A stretch of 17,105 nt of DNA from Candidatus Thorarchaeota archaeon (GCA_016839605.1 JAEOTX010000167.1:1-17105); one strand, 5' to 3'. Numbered from the stretch's first letter, positions 1 through 7,755 are shown. Program-made: numbers and translations. Notes: generated from the letters alone by a model not told the origin.

Positions 1-424
1 CATGTGGACAAGAAACATTCAGCTCAATTGCATCAACCCCTGTCTGGGTCATTGTTTCAGCCAGCTTTGTCCACCCCTCAGGATTAGGACTGCTCATTAT
101 GCTCGCAATGAGGACAAAGTCCTCCGGAGCCTCTTGCTTGAGCTGAGGTATCCACTCATCCGTCCAAGTCGATAGAGGCTTACGAGAGAGAAGTTCTATG
201 TTGTTCATACCAATTAGAGAGCCCCCTCTTCGTAGCGCACCTAATCTCGTACGAGGGTCCACTGTTGGCTCTTCAGTGACCGTCTTGAAGACGGCGCCTC
301 CCCATCCAAGTCTTGCTGCCCGAAGCATATGTCGTGCATCCATCGTAGGGGGAGCTGATGAGAGCATGAATGGATTCTTGAAGCTGATTCCTGCAAATTC
401 CAAGGCGAGCCTATCATTGGGCAT
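1..424 (-). CDS. preA: Dihydropyrimidine dehydrogenase FMN subunit PreA (partial, runs off the left edge; not in the ORF track)
   Basis: Manual translation from ATG at 424: MPNDRLALEFAGISFKNPFMLSSAPPTMDARHMLRAARLGWGGAVFKTV...GMNNIELLS...LIASIM...GVDAIELNVSCPH, open to the window edge. NPFxLxSAPP, GWGGAVxKT, NNIEL and ELNxSCPH are PreA/DPD motifs. GGAGGT lies 10 nt upstream and the neighbours are pyrimidine-catabolic genes. Confidence 0.92.
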   Translation of the reverse strand, partial: MPNDRLALEFAGISFKNPFMLSSAPPTMDARHMLRAARLGWGGAVFKTVTEEPTVDPRTRLGALRRGGSLIGMNNIELLSRKPLSTWTDEWIPQLKQEAPEDFVLIASIMSSPNPEGWTKLAETMTQTGVDAIELNVSCPH

Positions 425-434
425 CTCATAGCAA

Positions 435-440
435 ACCTCC
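435..440 (-). promoter_or_regulatory. Shine-Dalgarno motif (GGAGGT) for preA
   Basis: Reverse complement of acctcc, 10 nt before ATG 424. Confidence 0.65.
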
Positions 441-466
441 AACACCGAGGCAGTGAACAGCCCTCC

Positions 467-481
467 CCTAAAGTCTTTAGG
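467..481. promoter_or_regulatory. Palindrome CCTAAAG-T-CTTTAGG in the divergent preA/aminotransferase spacer (operator or back-to-back TATA-like boxes)
   Basis: Perfect 7-1-7 inverted repeat roughly midway between divergent starts at 424 and 529. A related motif occurs at 2801-2817. Confidence 0.45.
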
Positions 482-528
482 CTCGATAAGCTCAGCATTG
501 TGATGCTCGAAATAGCTAGGTGCGCACT

Positions 529-1866
529 ATGACAGATGAACTCGTCCCCGAAGACCTAAAGAAACAGTACTCAAAGGAAGAGATTCTTGAGATTGAGAAG
601 GAGCACCTTGCTCCTGCTGTAGCTCATTATTATGAAGACCCGGTGCTCTTTGTCGATGGCGAGGGTGCAACTCTGAAGGACAGCTCGGGAAATCACTACA
701 TAGACCTGTTCGCAGGAATATGCACAACAATCACAGGCTACAACCACCCCAAGTATGTCGCCACAATCAAGTGGCAAGCTGAACGACTTGTGTATACTAG
801 TTCGATGTACGCGACTATTCCGTATGCGGTGCTTGTAAAGCGACTCGCCAAGATCGCTCCAGTCGGCCTGACTCAGTCATTCATCGTCAGTAGTGGCTCT
901 GAGGCTAACGAGGCTGCACTATTCATGGCCCGGAAGTATACTAGTAATCCGTACATAGTCGCATGCTCACGAGCATATCACGGGCGTACGACTCTTGCAA
1001 GAGAGCTCTCAGGGGCAGGATGGCGTACAGTCCCGGAGAGCCATCCACCAGGCGTGCGATTCACCCCATACGGATACTGTTTTCGCTGTCACTTCGGGAA
1101 GGAGTATCCCGATTGTGACTTCGAATGCGCCCGATATCTAAGAGAAGTCATACGAACACAGACCAACAATGCAATTGCAGCTTTCATTTCAGAACCAATT
1201 CAGGGAGTTGGCGGAATCATACAGCCACCTTCAGAATACTTCCGGATTGTGCATGAAATTGTCAAGGAGTACGGAGGGCTCTATATCTCCGATGAGGTAC
1301 AGACAGGATTTGGTAGAACTGGAGAGAAATGGTGGGGAATACAGCATGCTGGAGTTGACCCAGACATCATCACCCTTGCCAAAGGCTTTGGGAGTGGAAT
1401 TCCGATTGCTGGATTCATCACGAGCCCCGAGATTGCTCGTGACTTCACCATTACCGATGCCTTTGCAACTTTCGGAGGCAATCCTCTGTCTAGTGCAGCT
1501 GCTGTAGCTGTCATTGAGATCATTGAAGAAAGCAACTACTTGGAGAAGGCTGCGAAACTTGGCAACGAGTTCAAGAAGAAACTAAAGACTCTCGAAGAAG
1601 ACCACAAACTGGTTGGCGAAGTGCGTGGACAAGGAATGATGCTAGGAGTTGAACTCATACGAGACGAGGTCACAAAAGATCCGGCTTCAGAGGAGATGGT
1701 ACAAGTCATGGAACTCACGAAGAAAAGAGGGCTACTCGTGGGTAAGGGAGGGCTCGATGGCAATGTAATCAGAATCCAGCCACCACTTGAGCTTACATCT
1801 GAGCAGATTGACAAGTCCTGTACAATCCTCGACGAGGTCTTCTCTGAGATTGAGAAGAAGATGTGA
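529..1866 (+). CDS. Class III PLP aminotransferase, AGXT2/PYD4/PydD-like (probable beta-alanine/beta-aminoisobutyrate aminotransferase)
   Basis: Motifs YIDLFAGI, SGSEANE, YHGRT, EPIQGVGG, SDEVQTGFGRTG, ITLAKG (PLP lysine) and FATFGGNP. ATG 529 is preferred over GTG 520 because AGGTG (518-522) then acts as SD. Substrate is inferred from gene context. Confidence 0.9.
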   Translation: MTDELVPEDLKKQYSKEEILEIEKEHLAPAVAHYYEDPVLFVDGEGATLKDSSGNHYIDLFAGICTTITGYNHPKYVATIKWQAERLVYTSSMYATIPYAVLVKRLAKIAPVGLTQSFIVSSGSEANEAALFMARKYTSNPYIVACSRAYHGRTTLARELSGAGWRTVPESHPPGVRFTPYGYCFRCHFGKEYPDCDFECARYLREVIRTQTNNAIAAFISEPIQGVGGIIQPPSEYFRIVHEIVKEYGGLYISDEVQTGFGRTGEKWWGIQHAGVDPDIITLAKGFGSGIPIAGFITSPEIARDFTITDAFATFGGNPLSSAAAVAVIEIIEESNYLEKAAKLGNEFKKKLKTLEEDHKLVGEVRGQGMMLGVELIRDEVTKDPASEEMVQVMELTKKRGLLVGKGGLDGNVIRIQPPLELTSEQIDKSCTILDEVFSEIEKKM

Positions 1867-1873
1867 TGAAGCT

Positions 1874-2749
1874 TCAGATGTCAGTAAGACTCCCATAGCT
1901 GTCCGGTCTTCGGTCCCGATAGAACTGCCAGACGTTTCGCACTTCACGGATCATATCGAGATCTATGTCAGCTACAACAAGTTCTTCCTTGTCACGTGTA
2001 CCCTGGGCTACAATCTGTCCGCGCGGATCAGCGACATATGAGCTGCCATAGAAAGTTCCTGTCTTCCAAGGCTCTTCACCCACTCTATTGATGGCTGCAA
2101 TGAAGTAGCCGTTTGCCACAGCGTGTGCAGTCTGTTCAATAGTCCATAGGTGTTCAGATAGTCCTGCAACTGTAGCAGAGGGGTTGAACACAATCTCTGC
2201 ACCATTCAGACCTAATGCTCGAGCACCTTCTGGGAAGTGTCGGTCATAGCAGATATAGACACCAACTTTTGCATATGCTGTCTTAAAAACCGGATATCCA
2301 AGATTTCCTGGTCGGAAATAGAACTTCTCTTGGAAGCCTGGATCGATCTGAGGGATATGCATCTTCCTCATCTTGCCCAATAGAGTTCCGTCAGAATCGA
2401 TGACAATAGCAGTGTTGTAGTAGACTCCAACTTCTTGCTCTTCGTACATTGAAGCGATTAGAACAAAATTATGTTCTTTTGCCAGTTCACACATCCGTTC
2501 GCTTAGGGGCCCGGGGATAGGCTCTGCATACTTGTACCACTTTTTGTCCTGCTCAGCACAGAAATAGGGACCATAAAACAACTCTTGGAAGCACAGGATT
2601 TGGACTTTCTGTTGGACGGCAATATCTGCAAATCCCTCGTGCTTCCGTATCATCTTTTCGACGTTTTCTTCGATTTTCCCTTCGTCCTTAACATCGCCTT
2701 CCCATTGAGCCTGCACTAGACCGATACGAATCTTTCTCACTGTCATCAT
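1874..2749 (-). CDS. Nitrilase-fold beta-ureidopropionase (beta-alanine synthase)
   Basis: Glu-Lys-Cys triad in FQELF, RKMHIP and ICYDRHFPE, plus EKFYFRPGNLGYPVF and AINRVG. Divergent from dihydropyrimidinase. N-carbamoylputrescine amidase is the related alternative, but context favours ureidopropionase. Confidence 0.88.
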   Translation of the reverse strand: MMTVRKIRIGLVQAQWEGDVKDEGKIEENVEKMIRKHEGFADIAVQQKVQILCFQELFYGPYFCAEQDKKWYKYAEPIPGPLSERMCELAKEHNFVLIASMYEEQEVGVYYNTAIVIDSDGTLLGKMRKMHIPQIDPGFQEKFYFRPGNLGYPVFKTAYAKVGVYICYDRHFPEGARALGLNGAEIVFNPSATVAGLSEHLWTIEQTAHAVANGYFIAAINRVGEEPWKTGTFYGSSYVADPRGQIVAQGTRDKEELVVADIDLDMIREVRNVWQFYRDRRPDSYGSLTDI

Positions 2750-2800
2750 TCCAAAGCCTTGGGTAAATTGAACAGTAATTTATTCGCCTAATAGGAGTTT

Positions 2801-2817
2801 CCTAAATCGATTTATGG
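2801..2817. promoter_or_regulatory. Palindromic motif CC-TAAATCGATTTA-TGG in the divergent ureidopropionase/dihydropyrimidinase spacer
   Basis: Perfect 12-bp palindrome at 2803-2814 that resembles 467-481. A second inverted repeat TAAATT-N7-AATTTA lies at 2764-2782. Confidence 0.42.
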
Positions 2818-2837
2818 CAGCGGCCCCAGTAGTTTAA

Positions 2838-2843
2838 GGAGGT
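2838..2843 (+). promoter_or_regulatory. Shine-Dalgarno motif (GGAGGT) for dihydropyrimidinase
   Basis: GGAGGT 6 nt before ATG 2850. Confidence 0.7.
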
Positions 2844-2849
2844 CTTTCC

Positions 2850-4238
2850 ATGGTCGAGTTAGATTTAATCGTCAAAAACGGCAAGATTGTCACTGTTTCT
2901 GATACATATTCTGCAGATATTGGTGTGAGTAAAGGTAAGATTGTCACCATTGCGCAGAGTCTCCCAGATAATGGCGCAGAAGTGGTTGATGCTAAAGGGA
3001 AGTACGTCTTCCCGGGGGGCATTGATGTACATGTTCACCTTCAGTTGCCATTCTCAGGGACCATATCTGCGGATGACTTTGAAAACGGAACAAAAGCTGC
3101 GGCCTGTGGCGGTGTGACTACTGTCATCGATTTCGCCATTCAAACCAAGGGAAGCTCAATCATGGAGGCCATTGAGGCTCGCAGAGCTGAGGCAGACCCG
3201 AAGGTATGTGTGGACTACGGCCTACACGCAGCAATAACTGATTGGAACGATAAGACACAGGCAGAAATCAAGAAGGTCATAGACTACGGAATTCCTACCT
3301 TCAAGATGTTCATGATCTATAAGAATGAGGGCTGGATGGCCGACGATGGAATGCTGTTCAACGCTCTCGAAGAGACCTCGAAACTTGGCGGTCACATTGG
3401 AGTCCATGCAGAGAGCGTGGATGTTCTGGACATGCTGATTGAGAGGTATGCAAGGGAGAAAGAGAAGTGGGGGGCATATGGACATACTCTCTCTAGGCCA
3501 TGCTATACTGAGGAAGAAGCGGTCATTCGTGCGATTAAGTGGGCAGAGGCCACAGGCGGCCAGCTCTACATCGTGCATATGTCCACAGGAGAGGGTGCTG
3601 ACGCAGTACATCAAGCCAAACAGAAAGGGATCAGGGTATTTGCAGAGACCTGTCCTCAGTATCTGCTCTTGGATGATGAGGTCTTCAAAGGTGAAAACGG
3701 ACATCTCTATGCAACATGTCCTCAGATCAAGAAGCCACATGATAGCGAAAGACTCTGGCAGGGCCTGATGAATGGAGATGTACAGATAATAGCGACAGAC
3801 ACCTGCACCTTCACAACTGAGCAAAAGGCAGCATGGAACGGGGACTTCACAAAGATTCCATTTGGGATGCCTGGCGTTGAAACTATGGTTCCGCTCATGT
3901 TCACAGAGGGAGTGGGCAAACGCGGATTTACCGTGAATCAATTAGTTGCCCTAGTCAGTACTAATCCAGCTAAGCTGTTTGGAATGTATCCCGAAAAGGG
4001 GACAATTGCCATCGGAAGTGATGCAGACTTGGTGGTGTTTGACCCGGAAAAGAAGGTCATAATTAGTGCTAAGAATCTGCAGACTAATTGCGATTGGAGC
4101 CCATTTGAGGGGTGGAAGTTAGTTGGATACCCTGCCGTGACGATTTCCAGAGGGAAAGTGGTTGCTGAAGATGGCAAGTTTGTAGGTGAGGTTGGACACG
4201 GAAGATTCCTGAAGAGAAAAGCCTTCGGAAAACTTTGA
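2850..4238 (+). CDS. hydA: Dihydropyrimidinase (D-hydantoinase)
   Basis: PGGIDVHVH metal motif, AAACGGVTTVIDF, TFKMFM (carbamylated Lys), VHAES, YIVHMS, ETCPQYL and GSDADLVVFDP; 462 aa. Confidence 0.95.
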   Translation: MVELDLIVKNGKIVTVSDTYSADIGVSKGKIVTIAQSLPDNGAEVVDAKGKYVFPGGIDVHVHLQLPFSGTISADDFENGTKAAACGGVTTVIDFAIQTKGSSIMEAIEARRAEADPKVCVDYGLHAAITDWNDKTQAEIKKVIDYGIPTFKMFMIYKNEGWMADDGMLFNALEETSKLGGHIGVHAESVDVLDMLIERYAREKEKWGAYGHTLSRPCYTEEEAVIRAIKWAEATGGQLYIVHMSTGEGADAVHQAKQKGIRVFAETCPQYLLLDDEVFKGENGHLYATCPQIKKPHDSERLWQGLMNGDVQIIATDTCTFTTEQKAAWNGDFTKIPFGMPGVETMVPLMFTEGVGKRGFTVNQLVALVSTNPAKLFGMYPEKGTIAIGSDADLVVFDPEKKVIISAKNLQTNCDWSPFEGWKLVGYPAVTISRGKVVAEDGKFVGEVGHGRFLKRKAFGKL

Positions 4239-4246
4239 GCTAAGCG

Positions 4247-4723
4247 TCACTCCTCTCCGATGTCCTCATTCCATATGTCAGGATTATCTCGGGTGAACTC
4301 CTCCATCATCTCAATACATTGTTCATCATGCAATACGACAACATGAACTCCTCGACTTCGCACATAGTCCTCGGGACCTTGGAATGTCTTATTTTCACCA
4401 ACAATAACAATTGGGATCCCGTATAACAACGCAGCTCCACTGCACATGTCACATGGCGAGAGGGTGGAGTACAGAGTCGATCTACCGTAATCAGAAGGAG
4501 ATAGACGACCTGCATTCTCGAGAGCGTCCATCTCAGCATGAAGAATCGCACTCCCCTTCTGCATTCTTTGATTGTGCCCTCTACCAACAACCTTGCCATC
4601 GATTACTAGCACAGATCCGATTGGTATCCCTCCCGCGGCTAGGCCCTTCTTCGCTTCAGCTATTGCCTCAGCCATGAATCGTTTCATTTCTTCATCAGAT
4701 GGCATTCTTCGTTCCATTGACAT
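4247..4723 (-). CDS. Cytosine deaminase, yeast FCY1-like (CDA-fold zinc deaminase)
   Basis: HAE...PCDMC zinc motif. GGIPIGSVL, GRGHN, LENAGRL, TLYSTLSPCDMCSGA, GENKTF and the C-terminal WNEDIGE closely match the FCY1 type. Start is uncertain (GTG 4726, ATG 4723 or later ATGs). Confidence 0.88.
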   Translation of the reverse strand: MSMERRMPSDEEMKRFMAEAIAEAKKGLAAGGIPIGSVLVIDGKVVGRGHNQRMQKGSAILHAEMDALENAGRLSPSDYGRSTLYSTLSPCDMCSGAALLYGIPIVIVGENKTFQGPEDYVRSRGVHVVVLHDEQCIEMMEEFTRDNPDIWNEDIGEE

Positions 4724-4773
4724 CACGCCTCTCGGTTAGGGGGTCGGCAGGATAAAGATGTGGTGGAATCCTG

Positions 4774-5688
4774 TCATTCAATGTCTTTCAGCGGCTTGTT
4801 GAATATATCAAATCGTGAGTAGTGGCCGCTGATATCAAAATTCTGACGCTCCTCAATTGCAGTTTGAGTGTCCATATCAACGTAGACTATCCCTTCTTCA
4901 TCTACAAGTGGCTCAGTAACAAAGCGTCCAGTTGGATTAGAAACAACAGTTCCACCGTTCATCCAATTTGCATCAAACGACTCCATCGCTGCTATCATTG
5001 GAAATTCATCCTTTGTCAGATGAGAGAAGTCCGTTGGACGAAGGAATCCAGACACCGAAATGACCCATGAACGCCCCTCGAGTGCGATGAACCGAGTTAT
5101 GTCCTGCGTGTTTCTTAGGTTGCCGGGCCATACAGCTACATGGATGAGCTCCCCTTGCATATGCAGAGATGCTCGTGCTAGGGGAAGCCAGTTCTCCCAG
5201 CAGTTGAGTCCTCCAACTCTAGCGTCTTTCAAAGGGTAAGTTCTCAACCCCGCACCATCACCATCTGCCCAGACTAATCGCTCCTCATAGGTAGGCTTGA
5301 CTTTGCGATGACGGCCCAAGATGCCCCCGTCTTGGCCTATAGTAAGCAATGTGCAGTAGATTGAACTCCCTTCCTTCTCTGCGATTCCACCCATGAACAT
5401 GATTCCTAGTTCTCGTGCTAAAGACCTCATCTCTTCAACAATAGGCCCATCAAGACTCAGCGCCTCTCTCCAGTATGTGGAATAAGCAGTCTTCTGATCT
5501 GAATCATTGAACCGAGCTCCGCCAGAGGGCGATAACCAGACAGGATAGCCAGGAATCAGCGTTTCACCCCAAGTCACCAGCTCTGCACCTTTGGTCTTGG
5601 CCTCTCGTATACTAGAGGCCAGTTTCTTCCAAGTTTCTCTGGCATTGAGAAATACAGGAGCAATCTGGATTCCTGCGACACGAATCAT
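4774..5688 (-). CDS. Carbon-nitrogen hydrolase, branch-1 nitrilase-like
   Basis: GETLIPGYP (Glu), HRKVKPTYEER (Lys), LNCWENW (Cys) and C-terminal DISGHYSR. Confidence 0.9.
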   Translation of the reverse strand: MIRVAGIQIAPVFLNARETWKKLASSIREAKTKGAELVTWGETLIPGYPVWLSPSGGARFNDSDQKTAYSTYWREALSLDGPIVEEMRSLARELGIMFMGGIAEKEGSSIYCTLLTIGQDGGILGRHRKVKPTYEERLVWADGDGAGLRTYPLKDARVGGLNCWENWLPLARASLHMQGELIHVAVWPGNLRNTQDITRFIALEGRSWVISVSGFLRPTDFSHLTKDEFPMIAAMESFDANWMNGGTVVSNPTGRFVTEPLVDEEGIVYVDMDTQTAIEERQNFDISGHYSRFDIFNKPLKDIE

Positions 5689-5720
5689 AGAGATGGTTCA
5701 GACGGGGTACAAGAAAAGTT

Positions 5721-5784
5721 TGCTGAACGGAATACAAACTAGTTATGCCAAGCATGTGAGCTAGCCATATCTAATCGTTCAGCA
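5721..5784 (-). other. Long imperfect intergenic hairpin (candidate structured RNA, terminator or palindromic element)
   Basis: TGCTGAACG (5721-5729) and CGTTCAGCA (5776-5784) form a perfect 9-bp stem. Inner GAUAUGGCUAG/CUAGUUUGUAUU pairing (with GU) and an AUGC-UUG-GCAU tip form on the minus strand. Confidence 0.45.
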
Positions 5785-5804
5785 GAAATGGGATTAATTG
5801 TAAT

Positions 5805-6110
5805 CTATTCTGGAATCCACAGCGGCTTCAGTTTGACAGCTTCTGACTCTAGACGAATCGCTTCAAGTTTCTTTGTCAGGTCAGCGTAGCGTTCATCGCT
5901 GCGCAGTTGGTCAGTCTTGCTTTTGTAGTCAGCCTCATCCTCATATTTTGAGAGATAGTAGGCCTCTTGCGAATCAGCAGCGTTCTCCCAGAAGCCGATG
6001 ATGTTCACTTTGTATTTCTTATAGATGCCCTCGAACTCAGATCTTAGCTCATCGAGTTTACCCGGAGTGCCATCTTTCGATTTTGTGCGATAAAGCATGT
6101 AAATTGCCAT
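5805..6110 (-). CDS. NIPSNAP-like / dimeric alpha-beta barrel small protein
   Basis: IYMLYRT..GKLDEL...YKKYKVNIIGFW...YYLSKYEDEA...LKPL pattern typical of NIPSNAP domains. ATG 6110 is preferred, with GTGA upstream as SD. Confidence 0.65.
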   Translation of the reverse strand: MAIYMLYRTKSKDGTPGKLDELRSEFEGIYKKYKVNIIGFWENAADSQEAYYLSKYEDEADYKSKTDQLRSDERYADLTKKLEAIRLESEAVKLKPLWIPE

Positions 6111-6221
6111 AATAATCACTGAACTAAACTATAGTTAATTCTTTTTATGTCTTGGCATGGCTCTATTCATATGCTGGAATGACTACCATGCGTAAGTCAT
6201 GGACAATAGCGAGCTGATAAA

Positions 6222-6671
6222 ATGTTGAAAGAGAGGAACGAGGAAATAGGAAGACGATGGTTTGTTGACATGTGGGGTAAACCCAATCCAGATTTGGCTG
6301 ACGAATTAGTAGACAAAGACTACAATCCAAGCTGGGTATCAATTGATGCAGTAGGCCCGGACCAGATAAAACACGAGATCAAGTACTTCAGGTCAGTCTT
6401 TCCCGACCTGAAATATGAAATAGTGGATGTGATAGGGACCGAAGAAAAGGTTTGGATACGATACAGAGGGAAAGCGACGCACAAGGGGAATGCCTGGGGC
6501 TTTAAGCCCACCGAGAAAGAATTCGAGTATGAGGGCGCAACTATACTCTATATCAGTCCAGAGGGGAAGGTAGTGGACCGATGGGGAGCATTCTGTTTTT
6601 ATGACATATTCACGGAGTTGGGACTAGTTCCTCCTTTCTGGGAACTAAGTAAACACTTCAGAAAAGACTAG
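6222..6671 (+). CDS. SnoaL-like ester cyclase / NTF2-fold protein
   Basis: W..PNPDLADELV, FRSVFPDLKYEIVDVI, VWIRYRGKATHKG..WGFKPT and EGKVVDRW. Confidence 0.85.
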   Translation: MLKERNEEIGRRWFVDMWGKPNPDLADELVDKDYNPSWVSIDAVGPDQIKHEIKYFRSVFPDLKYEIVDVIGTEEKVWIRYRGKATHKGNAWGFKPTEKEFEYEGATILYISPEGKVVDRWGAFCFYDIFTELGLVPPFWELSKHFRKD

Positions 6672-6681
6672 GAATATCCGA

Positions 6682-6858
6682 TTATTTACGGGTCCTCTCC
6701 CTTTCAGCAATCCACCCGAGGAAGCAAGGCCAGCCTAAAATGCCATAGCCCCCAAAATAAGGGACTCCTGTAACTAGTTCAATAATCTCCATTGATAGGA
6801 ATACGACTCCAATCGCGAGAAGGCTACTTGTGTGAGCAAGGCAATGCGGAGAATTCAT
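6682..6858 (-). CDS. Possible small two-helix membrane protein (58 aa)
   Basis: From ATG 6858: MNSPHCLAHTSSLLAIGVVFLSMEIIELVTGVPYFGGYGILGWPCFLGWIAERERTRK. It has a hydrophobic hairpin with a basic tail and fills the gap between two genes without overlap. No family recognised. Confidence 0.35.
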   Translation of the reverse strand: MNSPHCLAHTSSLLAIGVVFLSMEIIELVTGVPYFGGYGILGWPCFLGWIAERERTRK

Positions 6859-6880
6859 CTGTAGGACTGCACTCCTAAGC

Positions 6881-7642
6881 ATGAGGCGTGCTGGATTGAC
6901 TGAAAGACTCAAGGAACTCGAACGTGTACATGAAGAGGTTAGACAGGACCCCCACAATGTGTCGGACGATACGAGGAAGTACTTCTGGAAGTTGGTGCGT
7001 CAGATTAAGAGAGAAACGAGTCCCAATGAGAAAGAGATTGCCGTGGCCGCTGAGGTCCGGGACCTTCTGTTCGAAGCTAGTCGAGGTAAGACCTACCGAT
7101 TAGGTGTGACTCTTGGGATTATGATTCTCATAGGAATGGTACCACTACTTGTGTATCTATGGCTGCTCCAGACACCACTCATTTGGAGTAACATCCTAGG
7201 TTGGACTATGGATGATATCTGGCAGTTTATCTTCCGATTTCTCTGCATCATGGGTGTTGTCGCGTTGTTCTATCCCGTAGGACGGTTGATTGCAGGAAAG
7301 GCACTGGGAATACGTCTCCTAGGGATATGCAGAGACCAATACTATGAACCTACAATCAAGATTGACTATGTGACCTTCCTAAAAGCCCCGCCTCCCAAGA
7401 GAAAGTGGTTCTTCTTCTTTGCAGGTTTTTGGACTGTTATTACTTCAATAATATTGGGGATGGTAGGACTCGTTATAGGCGGCGATGTCACTGGATTCAT
7501 ACCTGCAGTCGTCCTGCTGCTCTTTGAGGGATATGTTGTGTATAGCGGCAATCCAAGTCCATCAAAGGGAGAGATGGGACACTACAACAGAGAGAAGAAA
7601 ATAGAGAAGGTCTGGAGAAAGAAATTGGCTGAAGCTGACTAG
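6881..7642 (+). CDS. Membrane protein with degenerate M50 (site-2 protease)-like architecture
   Basis: Charged helical N-terminus, then about 4 hydrophobic segments. FYPVGRLIAGKALGIRL, KRKWFFFFAG and GNPSPSKGEMG lie where M50 HExxH, AG and NxxPxxxxDG motifs would be. The start may be TTG 6896. Confidence 0.75.
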   Translation: MRRAGLTERLKELERVHEEVRQDPHNVSDDTRKYFWKLVRQIKRETSPNEKEIAVAAEVRDLLFEASRGKTYRLGVTLGIMILIGMVPLLVYLWLLQTPLIWSNILGWTMDDIWQFIFRFLCIMGVVALFYPVGRLIAGKALGIRLLGICRDQYYEPTIKIDYVTFLKAPPPKRKWFFFFAGFWTVITSIILGMVGLVIGGDVTGFIPAVVLLLFEGYVVYSGNPSPSKGEMGHYNREKKIEKVWRKKLAEAD

Positions 7643-7747
7643 GAAGCAGTAATCGGCCAGCGACAAATCTTGAATATACAGGCTCAAGCAACCAATGACC
7701 GGGGGCAGCACAAATAAGGACCCTTCGCAAGAGGTCTACTGCGTTTA

Positions 7748-7755
7748 GGAGGTGA
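7748..7755 (+). promoter_or_regulatory. Shine-Dalgarno motif GGAGGTGA
   Basis: Full archaeal SD 6 nt before TTG 7762. Confidence 0.75.

Noticed and set aside
198-498. ORF-track ORFs 198..431(+) and 241..498(-)
   Set aside because: Shadow and alternate frames of the real preA gene (minus strand from 424).
3222-3941. 239-aa antisense ORF and other ORFs nested in hydA, the aminotransferases, GNAT and BKACE
   Set aside because: They fully overlap well-supported genes and show no motifs; typical antisense shadows.
4227-4238. C-terminal GKL of dihydropyrimidinase as a PTS1-like signal
   Set aside because: A three-residue match in a prokaryote is expected by chance.
5719-5786. Hairpin as a SECIS element
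   Set aside because: No in-frame UGA at a catalytic position in neighbouring genes and no clear SECIS core motif.
5745-6158. ATGCCAAG / CTTGGCAT inverted pair flanking the NIPSNAP-like gene
   Set aside because: Only 8 bp, with no target-site duplication or transposase; compatible with chance.
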